A stretch of DNA of 64,000 nt from Octopus vulgaris (Eukaryota). Below, piece after piece: positions 38,041 through 52,303 of this stretch (within the stretch, counting starts at the first letter, position 1; the number at the start of each line of letters is the position of its first letter). The notes beneath the pieces are model-generated. The model worked only from the letters and a program-made list of their open reading frames with translations, was not told where the DNA came from and ran no database searches. The translations under genes and the position numbers were made by a program. The stretch is from contig OX597815.1 of assembly GCA_951406725.2 (NCBI GenBank), positions 132,804,001 to 132,868,000 on the forward strand. The letters are read 5' to 3'.

Positions 38041-38662
38041 TGTATGTATGTATGTATGTATGTATGTATGTACATATATATATATGTGTGTGGGTGTGTG
38101 TGTGTGTCTGTGTGTATGTATGTATGTATAGATGCATGTAAAATAATAAAATGCATTTAAGTATATACATAAATACAAACTTGTGTGAGTGTGAGTGTGC
38201 ATGTGTGTGCGTGTGTGCCTGTAAGAGAGGAGGAAAGATTGTGTGTGTGTGTGTAGTATATATATATAGGCTAGTGTTTTTGTCTAGTTATAATAAAAAC
38301 AATTTAACATTTAACCGAACAATTAATACCATACAGACAGACAGATAGATATATCTCTCTTCCATTTGGTACACTTCAGAAGAGTGTCATGTTTATCCAG
38401 TATTAGCATTAACATATGTAAAAGTTAACTTCTTATATTACAAAGTCAACAACCGGAAGAGATTTTAATTAAAAACTGTTCGGACTCAAGTCCAAGTGGC
38501 TGGTTTTATAACAGTAAAATCTAAACGCCGAAAATGTGTGTAGACCATTAGATAAACGCCAGCACTTGTCGACACTTATTTCATTGAACTAACAAGAATG
38601 AAAAGAAAACCTGACCTTGTAGGGATGTGAATATGAATGATAAAGATGGAAACACTGACACA

Positions 38663-38979
38663 CCATCGGTTACAACGACGAGGATTTCAGTTCATCGTAT
38701 CAACAGAACAGACTGCTCGTGAAATTCACGTGCAAGTGGGTGAGCACTCCACAGACACGTGTACCCTTAACGTAGTTCTCAGGGAGATTCAGCATGATAG
38801 AGAATATGACAAATCTGGCTCTTTGAATAACAGGTACTACTCATTTTTGCCAGTGGAGTGGACTGGAGCAACGTGAAATAAAGTGTCTTGCTCCAGGACA
38901 CCACGCGCCGCCAGGAATCGAACTAACGACTTCGCGATCATGAGCCGAATGCCGTATCCGCTAACCCATGCGCCTTCAC
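38663..38979 (-). mobile_element. SINE family A, head 2 + tail Y
   Basis: Homologous to 9271-9590 and 59754-60074. Confidence 0.8.
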
Positions 38980-39096
38980 AGAAACGTAAATATATAGCAC
39001 ACTCTATAGTTTCTATCAATCCATTATTCTCTATATTCCAACCTCACTCTGAGAAAAACGTCTGTGTCTACGTAGAATACTCGTTCTCAAAACTCG

Positions 39097-39155
<59 letters not shown>

Positions 39156-40608
39156 CTCTCTCCCCTCCTCTCTTCCTGTTATTATTTCTCACTTTATTTC
39201 TTTCTCTTTCTCTCTTTTCTTCTCTCTCTCTCTCTCTCTCTCCAAGTTTTCACCTACAATGATCTTGTAGTTATTTTGGCTTAAATAATCCCTATTTTTG
39301 CTCTAAATATTGGTTTTCAAGAGGCGCTCAGCAGTAGTTAAAAGTTGACTAAGAAGACCAACAGGTTTAGCAGTAGAGCATTGATAGACTGATCCCAATG
39401 CGGTAATCATTTTGCTTCCCTGCATTCTGAGTTCAAATGAACCAGTAGCCAGCTCCATTTTTCATCGTTTTCAGGTTGACTCTGTCCTTTAATAGGGTCT
39501 ATTTTTCTCTTTCTATCACTCTGTATTTCTTTCTTCAGGAGAAAAAACACCTGTAGGCTCCGATGGATGGGCTCCACCAGTTCTAAAATATACCCATAAC
39601 TTGCCGGAATATACCCATAACTGCATTTCAAGGAGTCGAAGTTGCAAGTAGCGCATCTCTCTCATCACTGTTCTCTCTGAAGCGTTGCAGCTTGATAGCT
39701 TCCCTATACAAAACTTTATATAAGAGCTATATCTGATACTCTACTGTTATTACACATATAGACATTCCTGATCATATCCTAAATTAAAACTTCTGGTTGA
39801 TAATTGAGGATTCTGTTACAAACACATTACAACTTCTAGCCTATAACGTAATGTTTCCTCTTACTGTTTATTCACTGCTACAAACGTGGCTTCAGCTCTT
39901 TTGAATTAGCCAGTTACTTACCACCTCTATTTAATTCAAACCGATATGCCAGTCTCTGTTCTGTGTTTGCCTAACTTTGCTTTGATGAGCCACTGTCATT
40001 AATTCTTTCTTCCTTTGAATGGATCAAATTCACCATCGCTAAAGGCTTGAATTAAATCGTGAGAATAGAAAAAGAACGTATCTATTCATTCTCAATGTCC
40101 AGGCAGATTTGAAGATGAATATAGAGTAACTACAATAGCATTCACCCGGAAATATACATCTCACTCCACGATTATAGCCAATACACGATAAACATCTGAT
40201 TTATTCAATTAACCGAATCATTCATCATTCTCTCTTTTTTCCTAATTGCATAGTTTTCAATTCTTTTCTTTACAACATAACCTTTTCATTTCCTATCTTT
40301 TCTTTCGATACTTTCCTGTTTTCCCTTCAGACCGTTATTTTCCTTTACATCTCCCTCATATCTATTCCTCTTCCTCAATAATTATCCATCCATTATTAAT
40401 CGCTCTCTTTTTTCTTTTCACTCTTACTCTTTGACTCATTACCACTTGTTTTCTATTTTTTCTATCAAATTCCCGCTATTTTTCTCTTTTTCTATTCCTG
40501 TTTCTCTTTTGTCATTATCATCACTTTTTTCCCGTCTCCTTCATAGTGTATTTTTATAGCACTCATTTTACTACTGTCTTCAAACTAAGCTTTAACACAT
40601 CTCCCCGC

Positions 40609-40654
<46 letters not shown>

Positions 40655-41037
40655 CTATCGTGCTCTATATAATCCTGTTTAGGCAATAGTAAGCCGTTCA
40701 TTCTCTATCGTTCTTTATCACCAACTAAATATAAACCCAAAAGACTAATCGCTAATTTATATATAACTGTGTTAATTTATTCTTTTTCGTTGAATTGGTG
40801 GACTCGTTAGCGCGTCAAAAAGACTTACAGTGTTTGTTTTTGTTTTTTTACCGGTTCCTTACTTTCTGAGTACAAATCACATCGTCATCAACGTTTTCTC
40901 ATTATTAGGCGCAGACATGGTTGTATGGTAAGAAGACTGCATCCCATCGACATGGCTCTGGGTTCAGTTCCACTGTGTAGAACCTTGGGCAAGTATCCTC
41001 CGAGATAGCCACGGCAGTTGGAAACTGAAAGAAGCCC

Positions 41038-41373
41038 AACAGTAACGTCATCTAAAATTTACTCCCATCGTGTATTGGTACATAGGGTATTCATTTTTGA
41101 GAAACTAAAGTTGAGCAACATGAAAAAATGGCAATTAGATTTCATTGCCATTGTATATCCACCTTGTACAAAGAAAATAAATTTAAAAAAATTTATCGTT
41201 TACTTGTTTCAGTCATTCGATTGCGGCCATGCTGTAGCATCGCTTTGAAGAACTTCTAGTTGAGTGAACCGACCCTAGTACATATTTTGTTACTATGGTA
41301 AGCGTGGTACTTATTCTAACACTATCCTTTGCCGAACCGCTAAGTTACGAGAACGTAAACACATCAACATCGA

Positions 41374-41413
<40 letters not shown>

Positions 41414-41836
41414 GTACATGTGTATGTGTGTGTGTGTGTGTGTGCGTGTGTGTAGGTAGGGGTCCTTTTGTCTGTGTCTGTCCTCCCGACCGCTTGACAT
41501 TCGATGTTGATGTGTTTACGTTCTCGTAACTTAGCGGTTCGGCAAAGGATAGTGTTAGAATAAGTACCACGCTTACCATAGTAACAAAATATGTACTAGG
41601 GTCGGTTCACTCAACTAGAAGTTCTTCAAAGCGATGCTACAGCATGGCCGCAATCGAATGACTGAAACAAGTAAACGATAAATTTTTTTTAATTTATTTT
41701 CTTTGTACAAGGTGGATATACAATGGCAATGAAATCTAATTGCCATTTTTTCATGTTGCTCAACTTTAGTTTATCAAAAATGAACACCCTATGTACCAAT
41801 ACACGATGGGAGTAAATTTTAGATGACGTCACTGTT
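41038..41836. repeat. Long inverted duplication: 340-bp arms (41038-41377 and 41497-41836) with a 119-bp spacer
   Basis: The arms are reverse complements with only a handful of differences visible. Confidence 0.95.
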
Positions 41837-42744
41837 TTTACTACAATGATTCCATGAACATTGTTAAAAATATGTTTACTAAGCATGTCATTTTCCGGTG
41901 GGATGACATTACAGGAATACAAATTAGAAAATCGAGCAATCGCCCTAACGTTCGATCTATGATTATTTTTGGTGGGGTTGAATCACATATAAAGTGATCG
42001 TCACTAAACCACGCATATAAGATTATCAAAAGCTGCTATTCAGCAGTAAATTATAATAATGCTTCAACAGAGAAAAGGCGAACAGGTCACGTTTGCACAA
42101 AAGGAAAGCTTTTGAATAAAATCTTTTCCATAGAGAAATTAATACTTAAATATAGTACATCGATATAATGATAAATAGAAGTTTATAAACTTTTCTTTTG
42201 TTTCTTTCAGTCATTTGACTGCAGCCATGCAGGAGCAACGCCTGTAGTCGAGCAAATCGATCCCAAGACTTATTCCTTTGTAAGCCTAGTACTTATTCTA
42301 TCTGTCTCTTTTGCCGAACCTCTAAGTTACGGAGACGTAAACACACCAACATCGGTTGTCAAGCGATGTTTGGGGAGACAAACAAAGACACACAAATGTA
42401 TATATATATATATATACTACGGGATTCTTTCAGTTTCCGTCTACCAGATCCACTCAGCACGAGGCTATAGTAGAAGACATTGACTTTTTATAATTATAGG
42501 TTTAAAATTTGGGTAGAAGGCCAGCAATTTCGGATAAAGGGGTTAGTCGGTTACATCGACCCAAGTGCTCTATTGGTTCTTATTCATCTCCGCAAGGATG
42601 ACACGCAAAGTCGACACCGCCGTAATTTGAACTTGAACTCAAAGCCTTAAGACTTGTGAAATGCTGCTAAAGATATTGCTCGGTGTGGTAATGATTCCGA
42701 CAGCTCAACGCCTTACTATTTATAAATATTAATTTAATAATTAG

Positions 42745-42960
42745 GTGGCTAGCAAGTAGAATCGTTACCGTACCGAACAAAATGTTTAGTAACGTTTCTC
42801 CTGATTGCGTTCTGAGTTCAAACGCTGTTCGGGTCGACTTCGCCTTGCATCCTTTTGCCGTCGATAAAATAAGTACCATTTGAACACTGGGACAGTTGTA
42901 ATTGACTTACCCCTACACACACGCACACAAAATTGCTGGCCTTATACCAAATTTGAAATC
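42745..42960 (+). mobile_element. SINE family B copy (with a divergent minus-strand copy at ~42495-42660)
   Basis: GTTCTGAGTTCAAA..GCCTTGCATCCTTTTGCCGTCGATAAAATAAGTACCA. Confidence 0.7.
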
Positions 42961-43717
42961 AACATATTAATTTAATATCTGTTGAGTGGTTGTACATTAA
43001 TTGATTAAACAGCTCACTGATATGAACTATAACTGTACGCTGCGACTCATGTAAGACTATTATAAATGAGTCTCGACCGTAAAATTTCAAGCATGGCTTG
43101 GTAGTAGGTAGTAGGTAGTTACAATCCTAAAAGAATATATATATATAAATAAATGAAGGGATGGCGGCGTGGATTTCTACCTCGGCATCCGCTACTCGGA
43201 GTTTTATCTTGGCTACCGAATAATTGTCACATATTACATTTACAGATAAATTCCTCTACATAATATCGAGGTCTTTTCCTTTCTTTTGTTATCTTACCGT
43301 TTTTATCAATATATATATATCTTTTATGGAACTGTGAATGATATAATGTACTCTCTCATCTATTAAAAATGCGTTAGAAACAGCTATAATGTACTCATTC
43401 ATTATTTAAAATGTGTAAGGAACAGCTGTATTGAACTGACATGCATCTATAGTCTCTTACTGTTCATTTGCTTATATTGCACCAAAGGGAGTCACGACAC
43501 GTCTAACATCCGAGAGTACCAAGCAACGTATGAGCAATACAACGTGTGCTTTGACCAGCCCCTAGGCTATAAATAATCATAGCAGTGTTTTTTTCTCTGT
43601 GTGCACAACCTGAATATTTAATGGGATAATTATTCGACTAAAGGTAGTGATCAAAGGTGCATATCATTCAAGTAACAGCTTTTCACAAGAATCCTTGTTA
43701 TTATCATATACATATAA

Positions 43718-43771
<54 letters not shown>

Positions 43772-44466
43772 TCACATATGTATGCATGTATATGCATGTA
43801 GGTATGTATGTATGCATGCATGTATGTATTATGGGGCAGAGAGTGTATGTGTATATAAATACAAATGAATGTGTTCATATTTTATATGGTGGTGAAGCAG
43901 GGTACACATGTATTTATATATACACATTGATGTGCTTTTATGTACATATTTCTAAACCAGCATACAAAAAGCCCTCAAAATTACCTACAGTCACGTTTCA
44001 GGTTGAAAGTACTGTAACACTGTGACTGCGCAAACTCATTACAACACCATTAGTTTTGTTTGATCGTTAACTCACACTAAATACCTCGCTTGGAGTCAAT
44101 GCACGCAAATGATATATATATCCACGTTCATATAAAATTCAAAATGATTTTAATACTTATTGATGGTGTTTATGGTCTTCATTGATTTAGGTGCAAATAT
44201 AGAAAAAATTAATGAGCAGCTCTCGTGTCTTTAATTGTAGCAGTGTCTAATTTGTCGTTTCGTGCTTAGAAGTAGAAATACTAATGTAGGTACTTAGTCT
44301 TATATTCATGTACGGCACATAGAATATCCACTAATATGAGCAATAGAGTGAATCAATAGAACTGTACGGAAGCCATCTGTTATCAAGAGGGTATTTAACC
44401 AACTAATCTACCGAACAACCTATTTAGTTTCATGAGTGCAGATGTGTGTGTGTGTACGTGTGTGTT

Positions 44467-44539
<73 letters not shown>

Positions 44540-44586
44540 GCATATGTATCTATGAATAATTAATTCACTACATATATGAGTATATA

Positions 44587-45051
44587 TTGGGCTGGTGCAT
44601 AATTATTGCGGAGATTTTTCAACAAATTTTATTATTCAAAAACAATAACAATATTAGAAATATTGAATTTCTAACTGTTTCAATGTGACAGTCCCGTAAG
44701 GGAATTACACACCGCCATTTAGCCCTAGAAAACATCAACGTCTCCTATCGGCTTTGACACATTTTCTGTGTCCTTATATTTGCAAAAGGGAGGCAATCAC
44801 TCCCGCCAGCTGGGACTAAGCACCTGAAGACATGTTTCTGAGTCTATTGCTCGTCATCAATATTTAACAAAAAGATCTTTAAATGATGGTCTCTCCGTCA
44901 GCCAAGCAAATGGGAAGCAGTAATTGAAATAGATGGGGAATATGCTCAGGAATAATTATTTAAAGATGTTTATGTTACATTTTGTTATTGTTTCTGTTGA
45001 ATAAAATATACTGAAAATTTAAAAAGCCGCAATAATTATGCACCAACCTAA
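44587..45051. mobile_element. Non-autonomous mariner (MITE) with Hsmar1/cecropia-like TIRs
   Basis: TA|TTGGGCTGGTGCATAATTATTGCGG ... CCGCAATAATTATGCACCAACCTAA|TA; TA TSD; no transposase inside. Confidence 0.88.
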
Positions 45052-45622
45052 TATTTGTGTATGTATTTGCATTTGCCTGTAAATGTATATATAGAGTATT
45101 ATATATACATATTCGTATGTATTTATTTGGTTGTGTATGTATTATTGTTTGTGTACCGATAACTATGTGTATTTTGGAGAAATAGGTGTTTGCATGTTTA
45201 TTTCTATGTATGTTAGTATTTGTGGTAAGAAGTTTACTTCTCAGCAACGTGGCTTTCGATTCAATCGTACTTAAACTTGAGCAAGTATCTTCTATCATAG
45301 ACTCGGCCCGACCAAGGCCTTGCAAGTGGATTTGGTAGGCGGATAGTAAAATATGTGGGTTTTGTGTTGTCCTCAACCGCCGTTTGACTACAGCTGTCGG
45401 TTTGTTTAGGTACCCTTAAATTAGAACCCCGGCAAAAGAGACCGATCAAATAGGTAAGAGACTTTACAACAAAAGAAAATCCTGGCACTGATTAGTTCGA
45501 ATAAACCGTTTAAGACGGTACCTTAGCATGATCGCTGTCCAATAGTTGAAACACATATACATGGTACAAAAATATATGTGTGTGTATGTAATGTATAGAT
45601 ATATGCACGTATGCATACATAT

Positions 45623-46475
45623 ACAGGATGCGATGAGTAGATTGTCAGCATTTTATATTTAAAAATTTTTCACATGCACATGGTTTATCTTTGACTTTGT
45701 CGACTACACAGTAGAGTAGGGTCCGTTGGGCACCGTCTGTGAGAAAAATAGCACCATGAAGCAATGCATTTTGCCAGAACTTTGCAAACGACATGCTGTA
45801 CTGCTTGGTATTTGCGCCAGAAGCTCCAATACAACCATTTCCGAGTGTTTGGGTGTCGATGTCGATCCGAGGACAGTGCAATCTGAGGACATGTACCGAC
45901 AGTGATAAACATTTAACATCTAGTCAACATCATCGTATTTGGAGTGATCGCTAGTAATAGCGACGTTATGCCACTAATCATATTCCCACACGGCTTCACA
46001 ATCAACACAGAGGCCTACATCATGTCTTTGGAGGAGGTAGTGCTGCCCAGGGTCAAGTGGATGGCTGTTGGAAGACCCTATGTCTGGCAACAGGTCTCTG
46101 CACCATGCCTCACAAGCAGAAGAACCCAGTCATGGCTGTCAGGCGATTTCTGCGACCGCATCACCCCTAACATCTGACCACCTAACTTCCCAGACTGCAA
46201 CCTCCTTGATTATTTTGTGGGGCGCAGTTGAGCGAGAGACCAAATATAAACTGAAGGCAAGGATTATGGCAGCATTCACCAACCTAAACAAGGAGACCGT
46301 CCAGAAGAGGTGCAGAAGATTCCGAAGTCGTCTGGAGACAGTGGTTGAAGCCAATTGCGATTTTATTGAATAAATTTACTCGTTAGTATTTCACGATATT
46401 TTCATGCGATTTTGGTAAATATATTTGTTAAAATGAAATGTTATTTTTGCGTAATTTAGACAATTTGTTCACTGT
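45623..46475 (+). mobile_element. DD37D (maT) Tc1/mariner-superfamily transposon relic
   Basis: YVWQQ[V]SAPCLTS...*PPNFPDCNLLDY has exactly 37 residues between the second (mutated) and third catalytic positions. Degenerate TIRs TACAG..ATTGTC / GACAAT..CTGTA. Confidence 0.82.
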
Positions 46476-46489
46476 ATATATAATTAATG

Positions 46490-46800
46490 CGCACGGGTGG
46501 GTTGTACTGAAAGTAAAAGGAAGGTGATATATCTTTATCTTTAACTGAGGTAGGTCGTTGGAGGGCACCAGATCACTTGCAAACCTAAAGAGTAATGGGA
46601 AACATTGACCAGCCCAGTTCACTGATTGCACCATTTGTTGCGAAATATGTGTGTGATGGTGTATTGTCATGATGAAAGTGAATTTCAGATATTTTTTCAA
46701 TTTTTCCATCCTAACCGCTTCTGTTGTATTTCGGGTGTCTAAATATACCACTTGCCGTCCTTGGTATCACCACTTGCCATAAAGTCAAAGTGAATGAAGC
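46490..46800 (-). mobile_element. Decayed mariner transposase fragment
   Basis: Minus strand FHHDNTPSH and FASDLVPSND (cf. HDNA.PH and YSPDLAPSD). Confidence 0.6.
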
Positions 46801-48124
46801 CTTTGTCATCCACCAAACAATTACATTAACTTACTGATATTCCGTGTCTGTTCTTAAGCATTCGTAGAAGAAATATGAAGACATTCAATGGACTGAGACA
46901 TTGTTTCCGTGTATTCATTGACTTCAAAACTTTCTAACAGATAAGAGTAAGCAGACTTGCACACTGTTTTCTTTTAATCGTGTGCTCACTTTCCGACTTT
47001 GGTCTTCCACAAGTTGTAATGCACTGTTACCTCATTCAAGTGCTGCAAGCCCACCGATAATGGTTCACCTGCCAACGCGAGCCAATTCATCCAGCGACTG
47101 GTGATTCTATTCAATGTTTACAATTAACGTTCTCCTGTTTGGTGCTCTGTCTACAATGCTGTTTTCCATTTCTTTAAACCTCTTTACCTATAGTTGCATA
47201 TTACTTGAGTCACTGGCATAAATGCTGTAAACAACCCATAGCCTGCTACGGATATCGGACGCTTACACACGCCTTTTCATCAAAGACTCCTTTGCGGCAC
47301 ATTACTTCTGCGTGAAACCCATTACTTGTCAGTATCGAAGAAGAGCAGGAAGAAGATTTACAATAGTAGAAGAGAAACATGACTAACATGTGCATTTTGA
47401 ATAAACTATGTCAGTTATTGAAAGTAGTTTTATCTTCTTTTACATTATTTACTGCATTATTTTGCATTATTTACGGACAGACGGACAGACGGGCGGACAG
47501 ACGGACGGACGAACGGATGGATGCATGGATGGATGAATATTTTCAGATTATGCAATAAAAGCACCTCTATAACATAAATACTATCAACTCCACATGAATG
47601 TGTGTTGTGAAAATGCCAGAAACATGGGCATTGTATTCGTTAAAAAAAGAATCTTTAAAAAGCCTATAGTGCTAAAAAAAATATATACTCCAGAGCTAGG
47701 CGAAACGAAATCGCCACAAATGTGATCACGAGAGTGGCAGACATCCCATTTCACCGTAAATGCAGCTTATCAACGCCACATTCTCATGTCACCACCGCAA
47801 TAAAATCGGACTCATTAGTCTGATGTATATACAGATAGTGTATAATCTATTTACTAATTTGCCACCACATTTCATAAGTACATTATATTAAAAAAAAAAT
47901 AGAAATTCGTTTCACCCAGCTTTAAATAATATTGTGATTTTAGCACAATTTGTCTTTAATGGGATTTTTCGCGGATGAAAAACAGCGCTTCTGAAATTTG
48001 CAAAACACTCGTACTTTAAGTATGTGGAATTCATAATGCTTACATCATAGTGCTGCACCTAGTGCATAATCTGTACCTGTTCTATTTTTGCTTTTACTTT
48101 ATGTACAAAAACCGTTACGCTCGT

Positions 48125-48990
48125 TTATATTTTATATGAAGAGCTCTGTAGGGTACAAATCAATTGAATAGCATGCACAGCATACGAACTTATAACCAGT
48201 ACAATATCATAGGTATCACCCGCAGCTAATTGCTGTAGTGGAACTGCAAACCTAACGGGTATTTCAATGCTTTTCATTGCCGGGTTTATTTTCACAGCTG
48301 CGAATGATGTCTGAAATGTATAGATTGACATTTTATCTAGAAGATATGTCTCCCATGCGCTTAATACCACAGAAACGAAAGATAACTAAGCATCGATCCA
48401 TTAAAACGGACACATTCACGCACTGACATCCATTCCCAACTGTATTCATATCGTATACAGAAAAAAAGGAAAGAACGTTCATGTATGCTCAAACAGCTGT
48501 TGACGCAAGCTTTAACGTAACTAATAGATAGCCTTAAATTTCTACATTCATATATGATGGAGTATAAGTTCACTTATTTATTCATATAAGGTCCACAAAC
48601 TAAACACATGTAATAGTAAAATAGTGGACCGACTAAATCGAGAATGTATCATTTGTTAAACACAAAAGGGGTTTACGCTCAATAAATCAATATTTATTAA
48701 TGCTACTGATACGGTATTTGTTTAATAATATAAATCGAAGATCATACGTTGCTTTTCTTAGTATTTTGTGTTTGCTATAAATGTTGCTATGCTTGTGATT
48801 GAAGTATAAACAAGATGAAGCATATAGTAAATGCAAAACATATCGCCAAAGCACTGAGTGGTTTGATCACTATTAAAGGGCCGAATTATTAATATTATTG
48901 GGGTTTCAATACAAATGCCATTGAATGAAGTAATGCAACAGCATAAACCATTTATGATAGAGAATGATGACAAATAGAGTTTAGTATTAA
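48125..48990 (-). pseudogene. Probable decayed intronless class A (rhodopsin-like) GPCR, TM2-TM7
   Basis: NTKLYLSSFSIINGLCCC (TM2-like); CFGDMFC (cf. ECL1 WxFGxxxC); YTSITSIATFIANTKY (TM3 end); a TM4-like I...*FI....P segment; SSYAVHAIQLICTLQSSSYK (TM7/helix-8-like). Stops and frameshifts throughout. Confidence 0.5.
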
Positions 48991-49016
48991 CATATGCATA
49001 GAATTGTGTATGAGTT

Positions 49017-49047
<31 letters not shown>

Positions 49048-49300
49048 ATGTATGTATGTATGTATGTATGTATGTATGTACGTATGTATGTCTGTATGTA
49101 TGTAAGTATGTATGTATGTATGTATGTATGTATGTATGTATGTATGTATGTATGTATGTATGTATGTATGCATGTGAGTGTGTACGTGCGCACGCAAGTG
49201 TGTATGTATGTATCTATATATATATATTGTTTACATACATGTATATGGGTAAAGATACGAATAAGTTTTATATATATATATATATATATATACACTGCTG

Positions 49301-49631
49301 GCTCAGTGGTTAGAGCGTCGAGCTTACGATCGTGAGGTTGTGAGCTCGAATCCCGGACCGGGCTGCGTGTTGTGTTCTCGAGCAAGGCACTTTATTTCAC
49401 GTTGCTCCAGTTCACTCAGCTGTAGAAATGAGTTGCGACGTCACTGGTGCCAAGCTGTATCGACCTTTGTCTTTCCCTTGGATAACACTGGTGTCGTGGA
49501 GAGGGGAGGCTGGTATGCATGGGCGACTGCTGGCCTTCCATAAAAACAACCTTGCCCAGACTTGTGTCTAGGAGGGTAACTTTCTAGGTGCAATCCCATG
49601 GTCATTCATGACCGAAGGGGGTCTTTACCCT
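49301..49631 (+). mobile_element. Young SINE family A, head 2 + tail Z, with 10-bp TSD
   Basis: TSD TACACTGCTG at 49291-49300 and 49632-49641; A-box TGGCTCAGTGGTTAG, B-box-like GCTCGAATCCC; CORE-like GAGCAAGGCACTTTATTTCAC. Confidence 0.88.
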
Positions 49632-49638
49632 TACACTG

Positions 49639-49689
<51 letters not shown>

Positions 49690-49704
49690 TTATTCGTATC
49701 TTTA

Positions 49705-49762
<58 letters not shown>

Positions 49763-49816
49763 CAGCGGTGGTGCCCCAGCATGGCCGCGACCTTCGGGCT
49801 AAAATGTTTTTAAGGA

Positions 49817-49861
<45 letters not shown>

Positions 49862-49952
49862 CAATGTTCATGTGGGCGTGTATGGATATGTATGTCTTGT
49901 TACACACGCACAAATATATATTTATCGATATTTACTTGCATGTATATATATA

Positions 49953-50009
<57 letters not shown>

Positions 50010-50099
50010 GTGTGTGTGTCTACGCATATAGCATGAATATGTGTAAAAGAATTAAATATCTAGGATGTATATGTTTGTGTGTCTCTGTGTGTGTATAAG

Positions 50100-50870
50100 T
50101 GTGTGGGCATTATACATAACCTGTAATATCGTGCAGCTCTTTCATCAGGCATTAATTGAAGATTCAACAGTTTTTGCCGGTATCAATCCATTCAACAGCG
50201 CCAGGCAGCATTGATAATTCCAATAAAATTTAGTATTCTTTTGGACCACATGAACCACCTTGTTCCATTCAGAGGCCATGCAGACGCCACACCAAACCCC
50301 GTACACCTATAACCACTACAACTTGAGTTTATTGTTTGTTCTCAATATTGGTCTTCCATTTGTATTTGTCCTAGCGACGACAAAGATCTTTCTGCCACCA
50401 TTTTCCTTTATACGAATCACTATTCTGCCGTCGTCTTTTCCAATTCCGTTGCCACCCACGAAGAACCTTGTATATGTAACTACAAAATCAGAGAATTGTA
50501 TCTCTCTTCAAGACATTGTACAAGAGCTTCACGCGATTTTCTACGTCCTTCATAATGGAAGCACCTCCTTCCATGTGCTCACTCAATATTGTCTTCAAAT
50601 CCACATTCAGACTGTTTTTTAGTGAATCACATGACGTAACATTACTAGAATGTTCCTTAGGTATGACAAGGAAATTCGAAAATATCAGTACTTCGCTTTA
50701 ACCCTACCTGCGTCCCTTTCTCGTCTGTAATACAAATATCAGGATTAAGATGTCTCTTTGTTGTCTTTTATCAGCTTCCTTATAGAAAATAACACAATGC
50801 ATCTTGGCGTTGATTCTCACTGCATTCTCCTTTGTGTTTTAATACTGAAGACTTTGTTATTCCACGAGGC
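50100..50870 (-). mobile_element. Heavily decayed RTE-like LINE RT fragment
   Basis: Minus-strand translation shows remnants resembling GVRQG, F.YLG...EI..RI...F and KLKL...YG..W. Confidence 0.45.
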
Positions 50871-51059
50871 ATACCTTACAAAGAATGAGAACTATCTAGG
50901 CCCAGGCGTGGCTGTGTGATAAGAAGCTTGCTTTTCAACCACTTGGTTCCGGGTTCAGTCCCACTGCGTGGTACCTTGGGCAAGTGTCTTCTACTATAGC
51001 CACGGGCCGACCAAAGCCTTGTGAGTGGATTTCGTAGACGGAAGTTGAAATTGCCCGTC

Positions 51060-51101
<42 letters not shown>

Positions 51102-51390
51102 CTGTATTTGTTCTCCCGCCTTCGCTTGACAACCGGCGTTGGTGTTTTTACGTCCCCATCACTTAATAGTTCCCCAAAACAGACCGATAAATTAAGGCTT
51201 ACGAAGAATAAGTTCTGAAGTCGATTTCTCCGACTAAAACACTTTAAGGTGGTGCTCCAACATAGCCGCAGTCTACTGACTGACATAGTGTACTAACTGA
51301 TGAAATAGTGACTAACATTCGGCGACACACTCTATAAAGAGTGACGGACATGATCTACAAAGTATCGAAAATATACTTTACGGAGTATTA

Positions 51391-52303
51391 TAGATGATCT
51401 GATCAATAAATATCGGGTCTGTTGCCATAGTAATGATGCTAAAGCATGCAGAATGAAGCCGCTTGGCACAGATTAACCTTAAACTCTGCTGTGCATGCGT
51501 ACTAAGGTTTAAAGTTCTAGTTTACTTCCGCTGTTTACAGCATCGCTTGGAAGAACGTGGGTAGCGTGTGATTGTCACACTGATCATGATAGAGAATGTT
51601 GAGTATAAAATCTACATCAAATTTTGCCAAAAGCTTGGCAATACCTGCTCAGAGGCCTACGTAAAGTTTTCAAACAGTTTTCATCCTTCTTGACACAATC
51701 AACAGAAATCAATCTCGACACAATCAACTGAAACCCAAGTGTTTTTTTTTTTTTGGTCAGCTGAAAGCAGTTTTCTCAGAAACCTGGCGTGTCTCCTGGT
51801 TTCTGAGTAATCTTCAGTGATAAATGACTGAACTGAACCGTAACTGATCTGCATATCCTTTGATAACTTACAGATGGTGGTTCGACGACTTCTCCTAACA
51901 GCTGCACGTACATCTGCGATGTTTTTCTCAGTTCTCCTGGTTGCGGGTCTCCCAGTACGTCCGTCAATATCGACATACTTTCTGCCATCTTGGAAATGTC
52001 TGAACCATTCGTACCTTTGTATGTGGCTCATACACTTCTCCCCATACACTTTCTGAAACTTTGCACAGGTCTCTGAGCAGGTATCACCATGACAACATTC
52101 TTTGTCATCTCAAAGCGACGATCAAGCGCTACACAGGTTCCTTCCAAGCACTGCTGTAAACAGCGAAAATGGGCTAGAAAGTTAACACTTAGTGCACATG
52201 TGCAAAAAAGTTTAAGGTTAATCGTTACCAAGCGGCTTTACTCTGTATTCTTTAGTTCCGTTACTATTACAACAGTCCGAATACTTATTGATCAAACTTT
52301 GTA
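51391..52303. mobile_element. Fold-back non-autonomous mariner made of two opposed 5' ends
   Basis: 51391-51680 is the diverged reverse complement of ~52050-52303. N-terminal transposase motifs IKFCQKLG and YEWFRHFQDGR...GRP are present, with no catalytic domain. Confidence 0.8.
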
